A stretch of 63,569 nucleotides of DNA, counting the filler, from Chiloscyllium plagiosum (Eukaryota): NCBI RefSeq assembly GCF_004010195.1. It is 4 parts of 2 records of this genome, joined end to end, with 100 filler letters (N's around TTAATTAATTAA, not from the genome) between each part and the next. Parts side by side here need not be neighbours in the genome. Positions count along the whole stretch, not along the records: positions 40,987 to 61,542 come from NC_057711.1; positions 61,643 to 63,569 come from NC_057712.1; 2 more parts are not named here. One strand, given 5' to 3'. The position numbers and the translations under genes were made by a program. Positions 51,095 to 63,392 of the stretch are shown one piece after another (the stretch's first letter is position 1; the number at the start of each line of letters is the position of its first letter). A model generated the notes under the pieces. The model was not told the DNA's origin, ran no database searches, and was given only the letters and a program-made list of their open reading frames with translations.

Positions 51095-51630
51095 AAATGA
51101 GACAGGTGAGGAGTGCGTTAGTCTCAGCCTTTGCAATTGTCCAGCAAGTTTGAAGTTCTTTCAGCTTGTTTGGATGAGAGTAAGGGCTGTGGGGTTGGTG
51201 AGCTAACTGACCATGGCATTGTGGTACACAAAGCCTTTGAAGTGGGGAGAGCAAAAAGGAATGTAGTGGCAGTAGGGGGCTATAGAATGAAGGGGATAAA
51301 CACTGCTCTGTTTAGCCAAGAACTTGAGTTCAGAAAGGAATGTTGTGAACCCAGTGCAAAGGTTCAGGGCATCATCTCCAGGACTTGGAGCAGGAGGAGA
51401 ATTCAGTTGTCAAGGTGTATGAATGTATCCATGTCATAGGAAAAGGAAAGGGTTTCTGCTTAGGAAGTATGTGGACCTAGGCACAAAACTGAACAATGGA
51501 ATCTCAAGGGTAATAATTTTTGGATTATTATCAGAGCCATGTGCTAATTGTGGAGGGTACATGATTAATGAAATGAATGCATGGCTCAAAGACTGCTGAG
51601 GGACAATTAGGTTTTGGTTCATGGGTACTA
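51095..51630 (+). mobile_element. Old CR1 ORF1 (esterase) relic
   Basis: LSSKFEVLSACLDE..RNVVAVGG..GINTALF..CCEPSAKVQGI and RVIIFGLLSEP..MNAWLKD; homologous to 1-840. Confidence 0.75.
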
Positions 51631-51884
51631 TCATCTGTACCAGGAAAAGTGAAAATACCATTGGGACAGTCACCAATTCTATGCTGGGACCAGTATTCTA
51701 GCAAGCTGCATGATGACAATGTTTGGATCTTGAATTTTGAGGATGCAGATGGTTTGGGTGGACATGAGGAATATTAGCAGAGAAAAGCCGTAATTTGCTT
51801 ACAAGCCCTTAATGATATCCAAAATGTAGGCTGAAGTACAAAAGAAGTAGTGTTGGGTACTTGTGACAAAGTGCAATAAGCATG

Positions 51885-52175
51885 GGTGATTTCAATCTGT
51901 TGGAACTTGCACATTCTCCCTATGGCTAAATGGATTTCCTCCAGGTACTCCGGATTCCTCCCACAGTCCAAAGATGCGCAGATTGTCTGGATTGGTTATG
52001 GCAAATTGCCTACAGTGTCCAGCGATGTGCAGACTACGTTAATAAGCAATGGGAAATGCAGGGGTACAGGGATATAGTACAGGGGTGTGTTTGGATGGGC
52101 TTGCTCTGGAGGGTCAGTGTGTGCTCGATGGGCCAAATGGCCTGTTTCCACATTGTAGGGATTTGATGATTCTAT
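51885..52175 (+). mobile_element. HE1-type V-SINE, 5'-truncated
   Basis: V-domain GGATTTCCTCCAGGTACTCCGGATTCCTCCCACAGTCCAAAGATG and tail. Confidence 0.85.
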
Positions 52176-52977
52176 GAATAGATTAACACTCGAGGAAAGG
52201 TGCACTTAATACGCATTTTCGGTCTGTGGAAAGAAATCAGAGCACCTGAAGGAAACCCACACAGACACAGGGAGTATGTACAAACTCCACATAGGCAGTT
52301 GCTGAGGTAGGGACACAACAACTATGTCACAGGAGCCTCTCCATTGAACGCTATCATTTTCCAATCTGTGCTATCCATGTGGTATTCCATTAGCAGGCTT
52401 GTGATGATTGATATATATTTCTAAAATCCACTAACCATCCTGTAATGTTTCTACTAACCATGGCCTAGCAACAATTAGAGTCCTACGGCATGGAGGCAGA
52501 CTCTTCAGCCCAACTCATCCTTGCTGACCAGGTTTCCTACACTGGGCTAATGCTATTTGCCTGCATTTGACCCATATCCCTCTGAACCTTTCCTATCCTC
52601 GTACCTGTCCAAATGTGTCAAAAAGTTCTTGGGAGCTGTATCAATTCCTTAACTAAACAGTAGAGTTCTGAAAAATTTAAATCTACAGAATTGTTCACGC
52701 AGAGCACTGAAAAAGAAATTATTGGCATATGTATCATATCTTTCATGTCCTTAGGGCATCTTAAAACTTATTTTTGAGATATCATTGCTGTTTCAAAATA
52801 TAATCACTTGGCAGTTCAAACATACTCAGAAAAATGCCAAGAAATGCAATAAGGCTTTTATTTTGAGGTGGCTGGCTGAAAGACAAACCAAGACAGGGCA
52901 AAAGATACAGTACCCTTTGCCAAATCATATTATGGAATCTTAAAGTCCACTTAAGAAGGTGGACACTGAAGGTCTCA

Positions 52978-53173
52978 GGATTAAAGTGGTGCTGGAAAAG
53001 AACAGCAGGTCAGGCAGCATCCAAGGAGCATGAAAATCGAAGATTCATTCCTGATGAAGGGCTCCTGCCCGAAGCAGCGATTTTCCTGCTCCTGCCTGAC
53101 CTGCTGTGCATTTCCAGCACCACTCTAATCTTGACTCTGATCTCCAGCATCTACAGTCCTCATTTTCACCTGT
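52978..53173. mobile_element. Fold-back PLE family B terminus with hammerhead core
   Basis: Inverted arms. CTGATGA-A-GGGC-TCCT-GCCC-GAAG at 53051-53074. TSD CTGAAGGTCTCA (52966-52977) / CTGAAAGTCTCA (53174-53185). Confidence 0.85.
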
Positions 53174-53946
53174 CTGAAAGTCTCATCTAAAGGATGAAAT
53201 TCCCAACAGAACTGCATTGAAATGACAGCCTATTTGGGTGCATGTTCAAACGTAGGGAGATTGTGCAAGGAATGCACACAGTTTGAGATTTTTCTTCCAC
53301 TGCGTATCATTTCTTATGATCTTTGATGCAATAAAAGGTCTGAGGTATCTTCTCGCAAAGGGTAAAAATAGGGCACATCCAGAGCTCCCTGGATGATAGA
53401 AGAGATTTGCGATTAAGAGAAGGAACAAAAAGTATGCAAGTGGCAGATGTTAGACGGGTAATGCAACCTAGAACCAGGCTGAAAAAAGAAGCAGCAAAAA
53501 TGAAGTGGAAAATGCAAATAATAAAAACAAATAGAGCTTGTGATAAGAGACTAGTAGCTAACATTAAAGGGAAGCTAGTAGGCAGGGCTGAGGTATTCAA
53601 TAAATATTTTGCATCTGTCTTTACCATGGTAGAAGGTACTGCACAGGTCATGTGAAAGAGGAGGTAATTTAGGTGTTTAAAGCAATTTAAACTTGAAAAG
53701 AAGATTATCAAATAGGCTATGTTACTGAAATTGAGAAGACATCAGGACCAAGGAAGGGCACCAAACTATGAGACAGAAATTGTTGAGGCACTGACTATAA
53801 TTATCCAAATTACTTAGACTCTGGGGTAATGCCGCAACACCGGAAGAATTGCTAGTTTTGAATCTTTGATCAAGGGAGGAAAAAAGATAAATCCAGAAAC
53901 TGCAAGGCAGTTTAACCTTAGTGGTGGAGATGCTTCAAGAAACAAC

Positions 53947-56110
53947 AGGCTGAATTTTCCCAGCTACTGAGTGATGAGGGCATTGGCAAAGAAATTGGGA
54001 AAATTGACAGAGATTGGGTCTCTTCTTACTGCCGATGTTGAGAGCAAAATGTTCCATTTTTCAACCAAGTGCATAATAAGAGGTTAATATACGCACACTA
54101 ACATATATTAAAATATCATTATTAGTTAATCGCACCTCGTTGATATGCAATTTCCCATTCTCCCATCTACAGAACAGAAACTAGGTGGGGACAATTTCAG
54201 ACATGAAATTCAGAGCAAGCAGTCTAGCTTGCTGCTTGCTCCTTCAGCCCTCTGCAGACACTGGGAGAATGTGCAAACTCCACACAGACAATTGCCCAAG
54301 GCTGGAGTCAAACCTGGGTCCCTAGTGCTGTGTGGCAGCAGTGCTAACCACTGAGCTACCATGTCGCCTCTAAAACTTTACTGTGGAACTCAGAAACACT
54401 TGGGACTTGCAGGTTTCTGTCAAATTGCATTGTATGGAGGGATACATGCATCTGCACTGGATATGTCTTGCAACTCTGAGTTTGTTTTCTTAGTGTGCAC
54501 TCAGCATGCACTTACTTGGAAGCTGCCATCTCTGTCTACTTCATATTGCTTTCTCAGCTCGCACTGATTGACTTCAGCATTGACTATGGGCTGCCAGGCT
54601 TTGTGTGGGTCACATGATTTTCATAACAAACAAGGTCTTTTATGCTCAATTTAGGCATAGGCTCTATGGATTCCATCACGTTTTGCGCAGAAGGTAAGCC
54701 AGGAGTTTGTCATTGTGGAGAACACTGACCAGTTAACATGTTGCTGTACAACATTGTGTTATGGCCTCATTACATTTGCAGCATGTTTATATGGTAAACA
54801 CACTGCATATGCTTCATGCAAACGGCAATGTATGAAAGTCAACAGGGAGCAATCCTTACTGGGGTAATGAGGAGGTCTAGTATCGCCTTGAGGGGCTTGA
54901 TCAATTGCAATTCAAGGGATTGTCCACAGTCAGTCAGGCACTTTGACCTACCAGAATTCAAGGAGCCGTGTCATAGAGATATACAGCACAGAAAGAGACC
55001 CTTCGGTCCAATCCGTCCATGCCGAACAGATATCCCAACCCAATCTAGTCCCACCTGCCTGCGTCCGGTCTATATTCCTCCAAACCTTTCCTATTCATAT
55101 ACCCATCCAAATGCCTTTTAAATGTTGCAATTGTACTAGCCTCCACCACTTCCTCTGGCAGCTCATTCCATATATGTACCACACTGCATGAAAACGTTGC
55201 CCCTTAGGTCTCTTTTATATCTTTCACAAGGAAAAGACTTTGTCTATCTACCCTATCCATGCCCCTCATGATTTTATAAACCTCTATGAGGTCACCCCTC
55301 AGCCTCTGACATTCGAGGGAAAGCAGCCTTAGCTTATTCAACTTCTCCCTATAGCTCAAATCCTCCAATCCTGGCAACATCCTTGTAAACCTTTTCTGAA
55401 CCCTTTCAAGTTTCACAACATCTTTCTGATAGGAAGGAGACCAGAATTGCACACAATATTTCAAAAGGGGCCTAACCAAACTCCTGTACAGCCGCAACAT
55501 GACCTCCCAAACCTGTACTCCATACTGTCTTTGCATTCTGGGAATTGGGCCATGATCAGTCCTGCAGGTCAAGTGCAACCAATTGGGGTTACGTCAGGCA
55601 GGGTACTGTGGATTCACCATCTTCTCTCTGAGAAGTTACCAGAGTTGGGTCAGACAATTTGTCCTGCAATGGGACAGAGCGGTGGGGTTGAGTATAATGG
55701 AAGTGGATAGAAGAGAAGTTAGTAAACAGGAGAGGTGGTGATGTGAGACCAGTGAGTAAGTAGGAAGGGCAGAAATGTTAATAGTTTGAGAATATGAGAT
55801 GGGGGACAGCCCTTGAGTGGACATGATGCATGCAATAGTGAGAGATGTAGTCAATGAGCCTGCGTGAGATGTTTGTGCAGCACAGATTTAGAGAGGGTGT
55901 TGCCCTTGTTAATGTGAGGTATCAGAGAGAAGATGGTAACACCCTTTACAGCAGAAGGCTTGAGGATCATTGATCTTCCTGTCCTGTAGGCTGTCTTTTT
56001 ACACCTGGTATAAGCACTGTCCTGGGCTACAATTTGTGTGCAGACTGTCTGTCTAGTGGTGTGGTCTCCCATGGCATTCAGCTCTTCCCCTGTCCACCAA
56101 CTCTCCTGCC
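53947..56110. mobile_element. Probable highly decayed PIF/Harbinger DNA transposon (transposase +, Myb/SANT protein -) with nested SINE and LINE
   Basis: Minus 55955-56070 reads HTTRQTVCTQIVAQDSAYTRCKKTAY/DRKINDP (Myb/SANT-like W..IA..VSA....RT..QCRKK.NDL). Weak + strand traces of INRKGF.SLN (about 54621) and CC.LHN (about 54739). GGCTGAATTTT terminus-like motif at 53948. Confidence 0.4.
54969..55520 (-). mobile_element. CR1/HER1 LINE 3' fragment
   Basis: WEVMLRLYRSLVRPLLKYCVQFWSPSYQKDVVKLERVQKRFTRMLPGL..LRGDLIEVYKIM. Confidence 0.94.
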
Positions 56111-56375
56111 TTTCATGTTAATGCAGACCTTTTCTGCTTTCCCAGGCTTTTTCACTACCTCTGCAGTCATTTAAGGCCAGTTTACTTTTTCCAGTTCTGG
56201 TTAAAGAACTATCAAAATACAATCTAAATGTTAGCTGCTTTTCTCTCCACAGCTACTCTCAAGCTGTCATGGTGGGATTTGGATATATTCTGCAGACTAA
56301 TTCGATGAGATTCTAATTTTCAAACATAATGAGCAACTAAAACAAATGACTGCAAAATATAATTTCTATTTTTTA

Positions 56376-56575
56376 CATGACTAAATGTTATTGCAACCTG
56401 TCACTGTGCCCCTCAGCAGAATGCAGTTTAGTTTCTGTGATACCTAATCCACAGTAATCAAAACATGGTTTAAACCAGACTTAACAGCACATGTTCATTG
56501 GTTAAGCTGATAAAAATAACCTTCTAGCCAAGAGCTAACAAAGCTTTTGGTTAATGATTAGAAGCAGTTAAGCAG
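56376..56575 (+). repeat. Copy 2 of the ~200-bp direct duplication
   Basis: Colinear with 50370-50575. Confidence 0.8.
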
Positions 56576-56949
56576 AACTCTTTCTGTCATTTCTCATCTC
56601 TGAGATGAAGCAACAGAAATAATCTGGAATCATATAATCTTGCTTTCCAGCAAGAGCAAACCACTTTCTTTTCCAACTTTTTTATTTCCACCCACTGAAC
56701 TAAGATGATTTCTCCCCACTTACTGATCTCGTCACTTATTATGAATGCTACCCCACCTCTTTCCTCCTTTTCTTCCCATTTGTGTTTTTCTCTAGCCTCC
56801 TTTTGTTTTTAATTAATTTCTGGAATGTGTACATTGCTGGCTTAGCATTTATTTCTTATCCCCAGTTGTTTTTCAAAAGGTGAGAGACCTACTTGAGAAA
56901 CTGCAAAGTTTGATGTTTAGGGACACCTAGAATGGTGTTAAGGAGGGAT

Positions 56950-57650
56950 TTCTAAGTGATGATATTCCAAGTCAGGGTAGTATCTGGTTTGTGGAGGAAC
57001 ATGCAGGTGATGGCTTTACCATTCATCTGCTGCCCTCGTTCTCCAAGATGGTAGAGGTTGCAGGTTTGGAAGTTGTGCATTTTGTAGAATGTACACACTG
57101 TTGCCACTATGCACTGATGATGGAGGGAGTGAATGTGCGTCGATGTAGTCTTAATCAAATGGGTTACTTTATCTCAGACTATCCTAGGATTTCTTTTGTG
57201 TTGTTGGAGCTACATCTACCAGGTAAGTGGAAAATTTTCCATCACTATCCTGACTTCTGACCTGTAGGTGGTACATAAACATTTGGGAGTCAGGAGTTGA
57301 GTTACACTACAGATTCCCAGCCTCTGATCCAGCATATTTGAAGAGCCAGTGTTGGCATAATGGGCCAAATGACCCCCATAACAATTCTGTGATTCTGTGA
57401 CCTACTCTTGGAAGCACAGTATTAGTATGGCTGGTCCATGTCAGTTTCTCGACAATAGTAAACCCCTAAGATGTTGATGGTGGGGATTCAACATTGGTAA
57501 AGTCATTGAATGTCATGATGTGATGGTGAAATTCTCTCTATTTGAGATGGTCATTGCCTGGTGCTTGTGTACTATGATTGTTACTTTCCACTTATTAGCC
57601 CAGACCTGGGTATTGTTCAGGTATGGTTGTATATAAAAACAAACTGCTTC
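56950..57650 (-). mobile_element. CR1/L2-clade LINE fragment (same family as 21285-22400)
   Basis: Reverse complement aligns by eye with 21285-22350. Confidence 0.75.
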
Positions 57651-60600
57651 GGAGACTTAGGAGACCTATTGAATTGAGGGTAAGAATGCCACAGATTGAC
57701 TTGGATGGTGACAAACTCAGAAACAGAAATATCCATCAAAGTAACCTACATTTGGTTTCAATCTTTCCTGTTCAATAAATCTTAGATTGGAAATTAAGCA
57801 GAATCCGGGCTATGCCTGATTCTTCACAATTTGAAGCAATGGATGTTTGTATTTCCAAACTACTTACTTTTTCATAATAATATCCTGTTACTCAGTTCCT
57901 ATGACTTGCTGAGATTCATGCTATCATATGAATGCATCTGATATAAACTACAAGTAAGTTGTTTATGTGTTCAATGATGAAAACACTGCAATTGGCCAGA
58001 TGGGAGGGACAGCAGCCCACATGAACACCATCAACACTGGGTTCTGTCTGATCATTGGGTACTGCCCCAGAGCCTCCAAGTCCCTCTTAACCTCACAGTA
58101 CCCCAGCAGCTGATTTCCATTCATTATCCCATGTGGAGATCCTCCTCATTAAACTTCACCTGCAATTGAGCTCCTTGACTTCTGAACTCTGACATTGCAC
58201 CTTAATGGTGAAAGCTATCATAGTCAGAGAGGGCTGCTTTCTCATTAGGTAGAGCTGACTGGAGGTTGCTTAACCTGAGGGACAACATGCCAGGAGAGAG
58301 ACCTTCAACGTGATCTCACCCGATGCAGATTCAACTCATGCACAGTTGGCAACCCTCTGCAACACAAACCAGCTGTCCAATCAACTGAGCTATCGTGCTT
58401 CACATCAAGCTTGTGGTTTCAAATAAATCTATTGGATTATAGCTTGGTGTCATGTAACTTCTAACTTTGTCCACCTCAGTCCAACACTGGCACCTTCGCT
58501 TCATTTCACATGTGAAACATGACTGGAAGTAGTATGTTATACAGCAGTGCTGCCTTGTCCTGAACACATTATTGTGCTAGTTTGCACTTATGCAACCCAA
58601 TTGACTCATCCAAATTTAAAGATTCAGGGTATAGATTGTTGGTGGTGTCCTACCTTTGGCCCAGGAAAAACAGGTTCAAGTCCCACCTGTACCGAAGTTA
58701 TGTCATAAAATCTTGGTAATTATAAAATATAAGAAGGATCCAGGGATAGGTTTTGAAGTTGTCTAATGTGTAAAATGGGTAACAGTGTATCAGCAATAAG
58801 AATAAAACTTGAGAGATGGTAAAATTTGAAAAGAAGGATCCAATGTTGACCATGAAAGCATTAATCATTGTTGGAGAAAAACCCTTCAGGTTCACTAATG
58901 TCCTTTTAGGGAAGGAAACTGCTGTGCTTACCTGGTCTGGCCTACATGTAACTCTATATCCACAGCAAGTGGTTGACTCTTAACTGACCTCGGGCAATTA
59001 AGGATGGGCACTGAATGCTGGCCTAACCAGCAACGCCCTTGATCCCGTGAATTAATTAAAAACATTCCAGCAAAGCAACTTCTGGAATTTAAAGTAAATC
59101 ATAAATCTGGAATTGAAAACGAGTCTCAGAACTTGTCACTATGAAATTATCATTGGTCCTTGCAAATGACTCACCTGGCTTTTATTCTGTCATCCTTATC
59201 TGGACTGATTCCAGAGCTATAGCAACGTGACCAACTCTTAACTGCACTTTTAAATGGCTGAGGAAGCAGTCAGTTCAAGGGTAATCATGTTGGACTTGCC
59301 ACTGATGCCCACATCCCAAGAATGAATCAAGGGATTGATTCAAGTACCTGGAAGGAATTGCCTTGGAGTTCAACACATTTGTTTTATTCATTCTGCAATT
59401 TTTTATTCTTTATGTTTTAACATTCCCAAGAGTTTACATTTCTAACTGTTAAGCGAGTGAAACAAAACATTTTGTAGAATAAAATAGATTTAGTATGGAA
59501 TGAGCTGGACCATCTTTCCAAACACTTTATTGTGGTTTCATAATACATGAAACACTCCACAGTTAGATATTCTGATTTGGTTTTACTGTGTAAATAAATG
59601 TCTTGCCTATTACAGAACAGAGAAAATAATTCCGAAATCTTTGGCCAAATCTTTGTTAGTATTAAATGTAGCTTCTTCGATGTTTGTAACCTCCCAGTAA
59701 TGGAGCATAGTAATCCTGCTCAACAGTTGCAATACATTTTCAATCTTTAAAGTAGGTCCAACAGCCTATTATTTTGAGCACAATTGAGTATTATTATCTT
59801 AATATCAGCAATAATTTACAGAGATCTTGGAATCTAGTTGTCCTTTCCAAAGCTGCACCTCAACCTCAATAATTAAAAACTGCTTTAAAAGTGTTTTCCA
59901 TCCTCAAAAACTGTCTTGCATGATGGTAAGCATATAGGCTGGAAATGATTACTAAATCCTTAGTGGAAAACTGAACTCTTGCTTAATAATGCAACACACC
60001 AACCAAAACTGTCTCAGTTGATGAATAAGCAGCTGCAATTTTATGCAAAATCTCTTCCACTTTTTAGACCCTTCCAGTCATGTAATCTTGTGTATACACA
60101 TACACACACAGGCATGTTAAATGATGCCTCTGAAATGACTCAGTGTCTAAGTTAATATGCATGATTACGTGCATCATTAGGTTATTTACATGCATCCGAT
60201 TTTTGCTCTTCGGACTGGGTAAAAGAATGAATGCGGATGTTAAGGACCGTCACTCCTAATACAACATTACTTTGTGTGAGGTAAGGTTGTACCCTTATTT
60301 ATCTTCTAATTTATGCCTTCTTTGACTAGACTCTGCTTTAAATAAGTGAACAACACTTGGTTAAACTTAAAGCAAACTAGGTATCACAGGATTCAGATAC
60401 ATTTTTGCTAATTTGGTTTTATCTGATTCAAAATCACTGGATTACCAATGAACATTCAGGAAAATGTACTTTGGACTGAAGTGCTCGATGAGGTTGAAGG
60501 TATAAACTCTGTAACTATAATTGTTGGCAGTGTTAGTTGGTGCAAGCATTCTTTTAAAAAAGAATGTATTCAAATGTCCTGCAATTTGGCGACTGATTCA

Positions 60601-61051
60601 TTTATTGACTGAAAGATCTCCTAGTAAAATTTTATCAAGTTATATGAACAAGCTTAAGATTACAGGACAACAAGTTCACAGATACCCAGTGCTTCCACAT
60701 TTTCATTTTTAACAGTGACCTTCAGGCAATAAAATGAGTGTGTGTATTAGAAGAATACTGTAAAACAAAATTGAACACACTTATGCAAATATTAGAACAG
60801 GTAACTTTAAGGGGAGTCAGAGGAAAGTTTCAATGAGTTTGTTAAAAGAGAGGGCAAGAGTTGGAAAGATATGCTTGGGATGATAGGGAAATTCCTTAGA
60901 TTAGGTTCCAGGCAGCTGAAGGTACTTTCCTAAATGTTGAATTATGAAATTAAAGGATGTGGTAGAGACCAAAATTATAGGAGGTAGGGCTCACAGACCT
61001 CCACCAATTTCACTTCAATCTAGACAGACGAGAGAGAGAGAGAGAGAGAGA

Positions 61052-61542
61052 GAGGGTAAAAACAATGACTGCAGATGCTGGAAACCAGATTCTGGATTAG
61101 TGGTGCTGGAAGAGTACAGCAATTCAGGCAGCATCCAAATCGACGTTTTTTTATTAGATTAGATTACTTAGTGTGGAAACAGGCCCTTCGGCCCAACAAG
61201 TCCACACCAACCCGCCGAAGCGCAACCCACCCATACCCCTACATTTACCCCTTACCTAACACTACGGGGAATTTAGCATGGCCAATTCACCTGACCTGCA
61301 CATCTTTGGACTGTGGGAGGAAACCGGAGCACCCGGAGGAAACCCACGCAGACATGGGGAGAATGTGCAAACTCCACACAGTCAGTCGCCTGAGGTGGGA
61401 ATTGAACCCGGGTCTCTGGCGCTGTGAGGCAGCAGTGCTAACCACTGTGCCACCGTGCTGCCCGTTTCGGGCAAAAGCCCTTCATCAGGAATAAAGGCAG
61501 AGAGCCTGAAGCGTGGAGAGATAAGCTAGAGGAGGATGGGGG
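61052..61542 (-). mobile_element. PLE family B pLTR, split by a SINE and ending at a gap
   Basis: GACTGCAGATGCTGGA..GGCAGCATCC..ATCGACGTTT | SINE | CGTTTCGGGCAAAAGCCCTTCATCAGG. Confidence 0.85.
61152..61463 (-). mobile_element. Young full-length HE1 V-SINE
   Basis: Near-identical to 12961-13278; CGTTT TSD. Confidence 0.95.
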
Positions 61543-61642
61543 NNNNNNNNNNNNNNNNNNNNNNNNNNNNNNNNNNNNNNNNNNNNTTAATTAATTAANN
61601 NNNNNNNNNNNNNNNNNNNNNNNNNNNNNNNNNNNNNNNNNN
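61543..61642. other. Assembly gap with artificial linker
   Basis: 44 N + TTAATTAATTAA + 44 N. Confidence 0.98.
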
Positions 61643-62725
61643 GAGGACATAGAAATCAAGGCCAATGGCTCTGCAATCTCCTCCCTTGCTTCCCAGAGAA
61701 TCCTAGGATAAATGCCATCAGGCCCAGGGGACTTATCTATTTTCACCTTTTCCAGGATTTCCAACACCTCTTCTCTACATACCTCAAAGCCATCCATTCT
61801 ACTTAATTGTGACTCAGTATTCACATTGACAATAATGTCCTGTTCCTGATTGAATACTGACGAAAAGTATTCATTCAGTGTCTCCCCAATCTCTTCCGGC
61901 TCCACATGCAACTTCCCACTACTATCCTTGACTGGACCTATTCCTACCCTAGTCATTCTTTTGTTCCTGACATACCTATAGAAAGCCTTAGGGTTTTCCC
62001 TAATCCTATCTACTAAGGACCTTTCGTGTCCCCTCCTTGCTGCTTTTAGCTCTCTCTTCAGGTCCTTCCTGGTTACCTTATAACTCTCAATCGCCCCAAT
62101 TGAACCTTCACGCTTCATCTTTACATAGGCCGCCCTCTTCCCTTTAACAAGGGATTCCAATTCCTTATTAAACCACGGCTCCCTCACACGACCCTTTCCT
62201 CCCTGCCTGACGGGCACATACTTATCAAGGACACTCAATAGTTGCTCCTTGAACAAGCTCCACATATCAATTACACCCTTGTCTTGAAGCTTACTTTTCC
62301 AGGCCACACATCCTAAGTCATGCCTCACAGCATCATAATTTCCCTGCCCCCATCTATAACTCTTGCCGTGTAGTGCATACTTATCCCTCTCCATCACTAG
62401 AGTAAAGGTCACCGAATTGTGGTCACTGTCCCCAAAAAGCGCACCTACCTCTAATTCTAACACCTGGCCTGGTTCTTTACCCAGAACCAAATCCAGTATG
62501 GCCTCACCTCTTGTTGGCCTATCTACATATTGTGTCAGGAAACCCTCCGGCTCTTCTCCTGCGCGCTTTTAATGGGAAAAAAAACCTTCCCCGGTGCCCC
62601 TCCGGTCTTCGTCACTTCCCCCTGCTGCTCCCGCTCTTTCTGTAAAGAGAGAAAAAAACACCGCTGCCCGCTACCGGGAAGTAATTTTAAAACAAACTGT
62701 CTTACCTTAGCTGCTGCACGCACTC
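61643..62725 (-). mobile_element. Young CR1/HER1 LINE: open ORF2 segment (EN C-terminus to RT start) joined to a GC-rich probable 5' UTR
   Basis: GFLTQYVDRPTRGEAILDLVLG..GDSDHNSV..NPKAFYRYV..LNEYFSSVF..KSPGPDGIYPRILWE without stops. Homology ends abruptly at 62547; 62548-62725 is CpG-rich. Confidence 0.9.
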
Positions 62726-63392
62726 AAACCTTTAGTGTCACATTGAGTACAAAGCAATACCATTTCAGGGCTTCTGTGAGAAGATTGCCAAAACTGTCTG
62801 GTACTCATACACAATTTTGCCATTAATATCCATCAAATTCCAAGGTTCCTTATAAGGGAGGTGGGTTCTGTTGTGGTCCAGCAAAAGTCAGGTTAAGTGG
62901 AAAATATATGACAAACAATTTGCCTCCACCTTTGGCACAAATAAGGCCTAACTTGGCCATCAAATGCTATTCACTGTTTCAATATTCCAGCAGTAGTGTG
63001 GTTTAGAATAGTGTCCTTTGAGAGCTCAGTCTTGATCTATTTCATGATGCTCCTTTGTAGTGCTGACAGAATTTGCAGAAGGAAACCATTGCTTTTAACA
63101 ATACCTCTGATAATCCTGGGATTGCCCGAAGTATTTGAAATATTTTTGTGGTGTAGTCCCCGTTGTAATATAGGAAATGCTGTACAATATGATAATGCAG
63201 GAAACAATGTACAGTGCGATCCTGCAAATGGCAATGATTTGGAGAGGCCAATTAGACTGTTTGAGGCACTGGGTTAAACATTGGCCAAACCATTGGGGAG
63301 TATTTCATTGTTATTCTTCTTCTAATATTGTCATGGATTCTAGTAGACTCAGACGAAAGGGCAGCGAAAGAGGAGCAAACCTGAATGACCCA

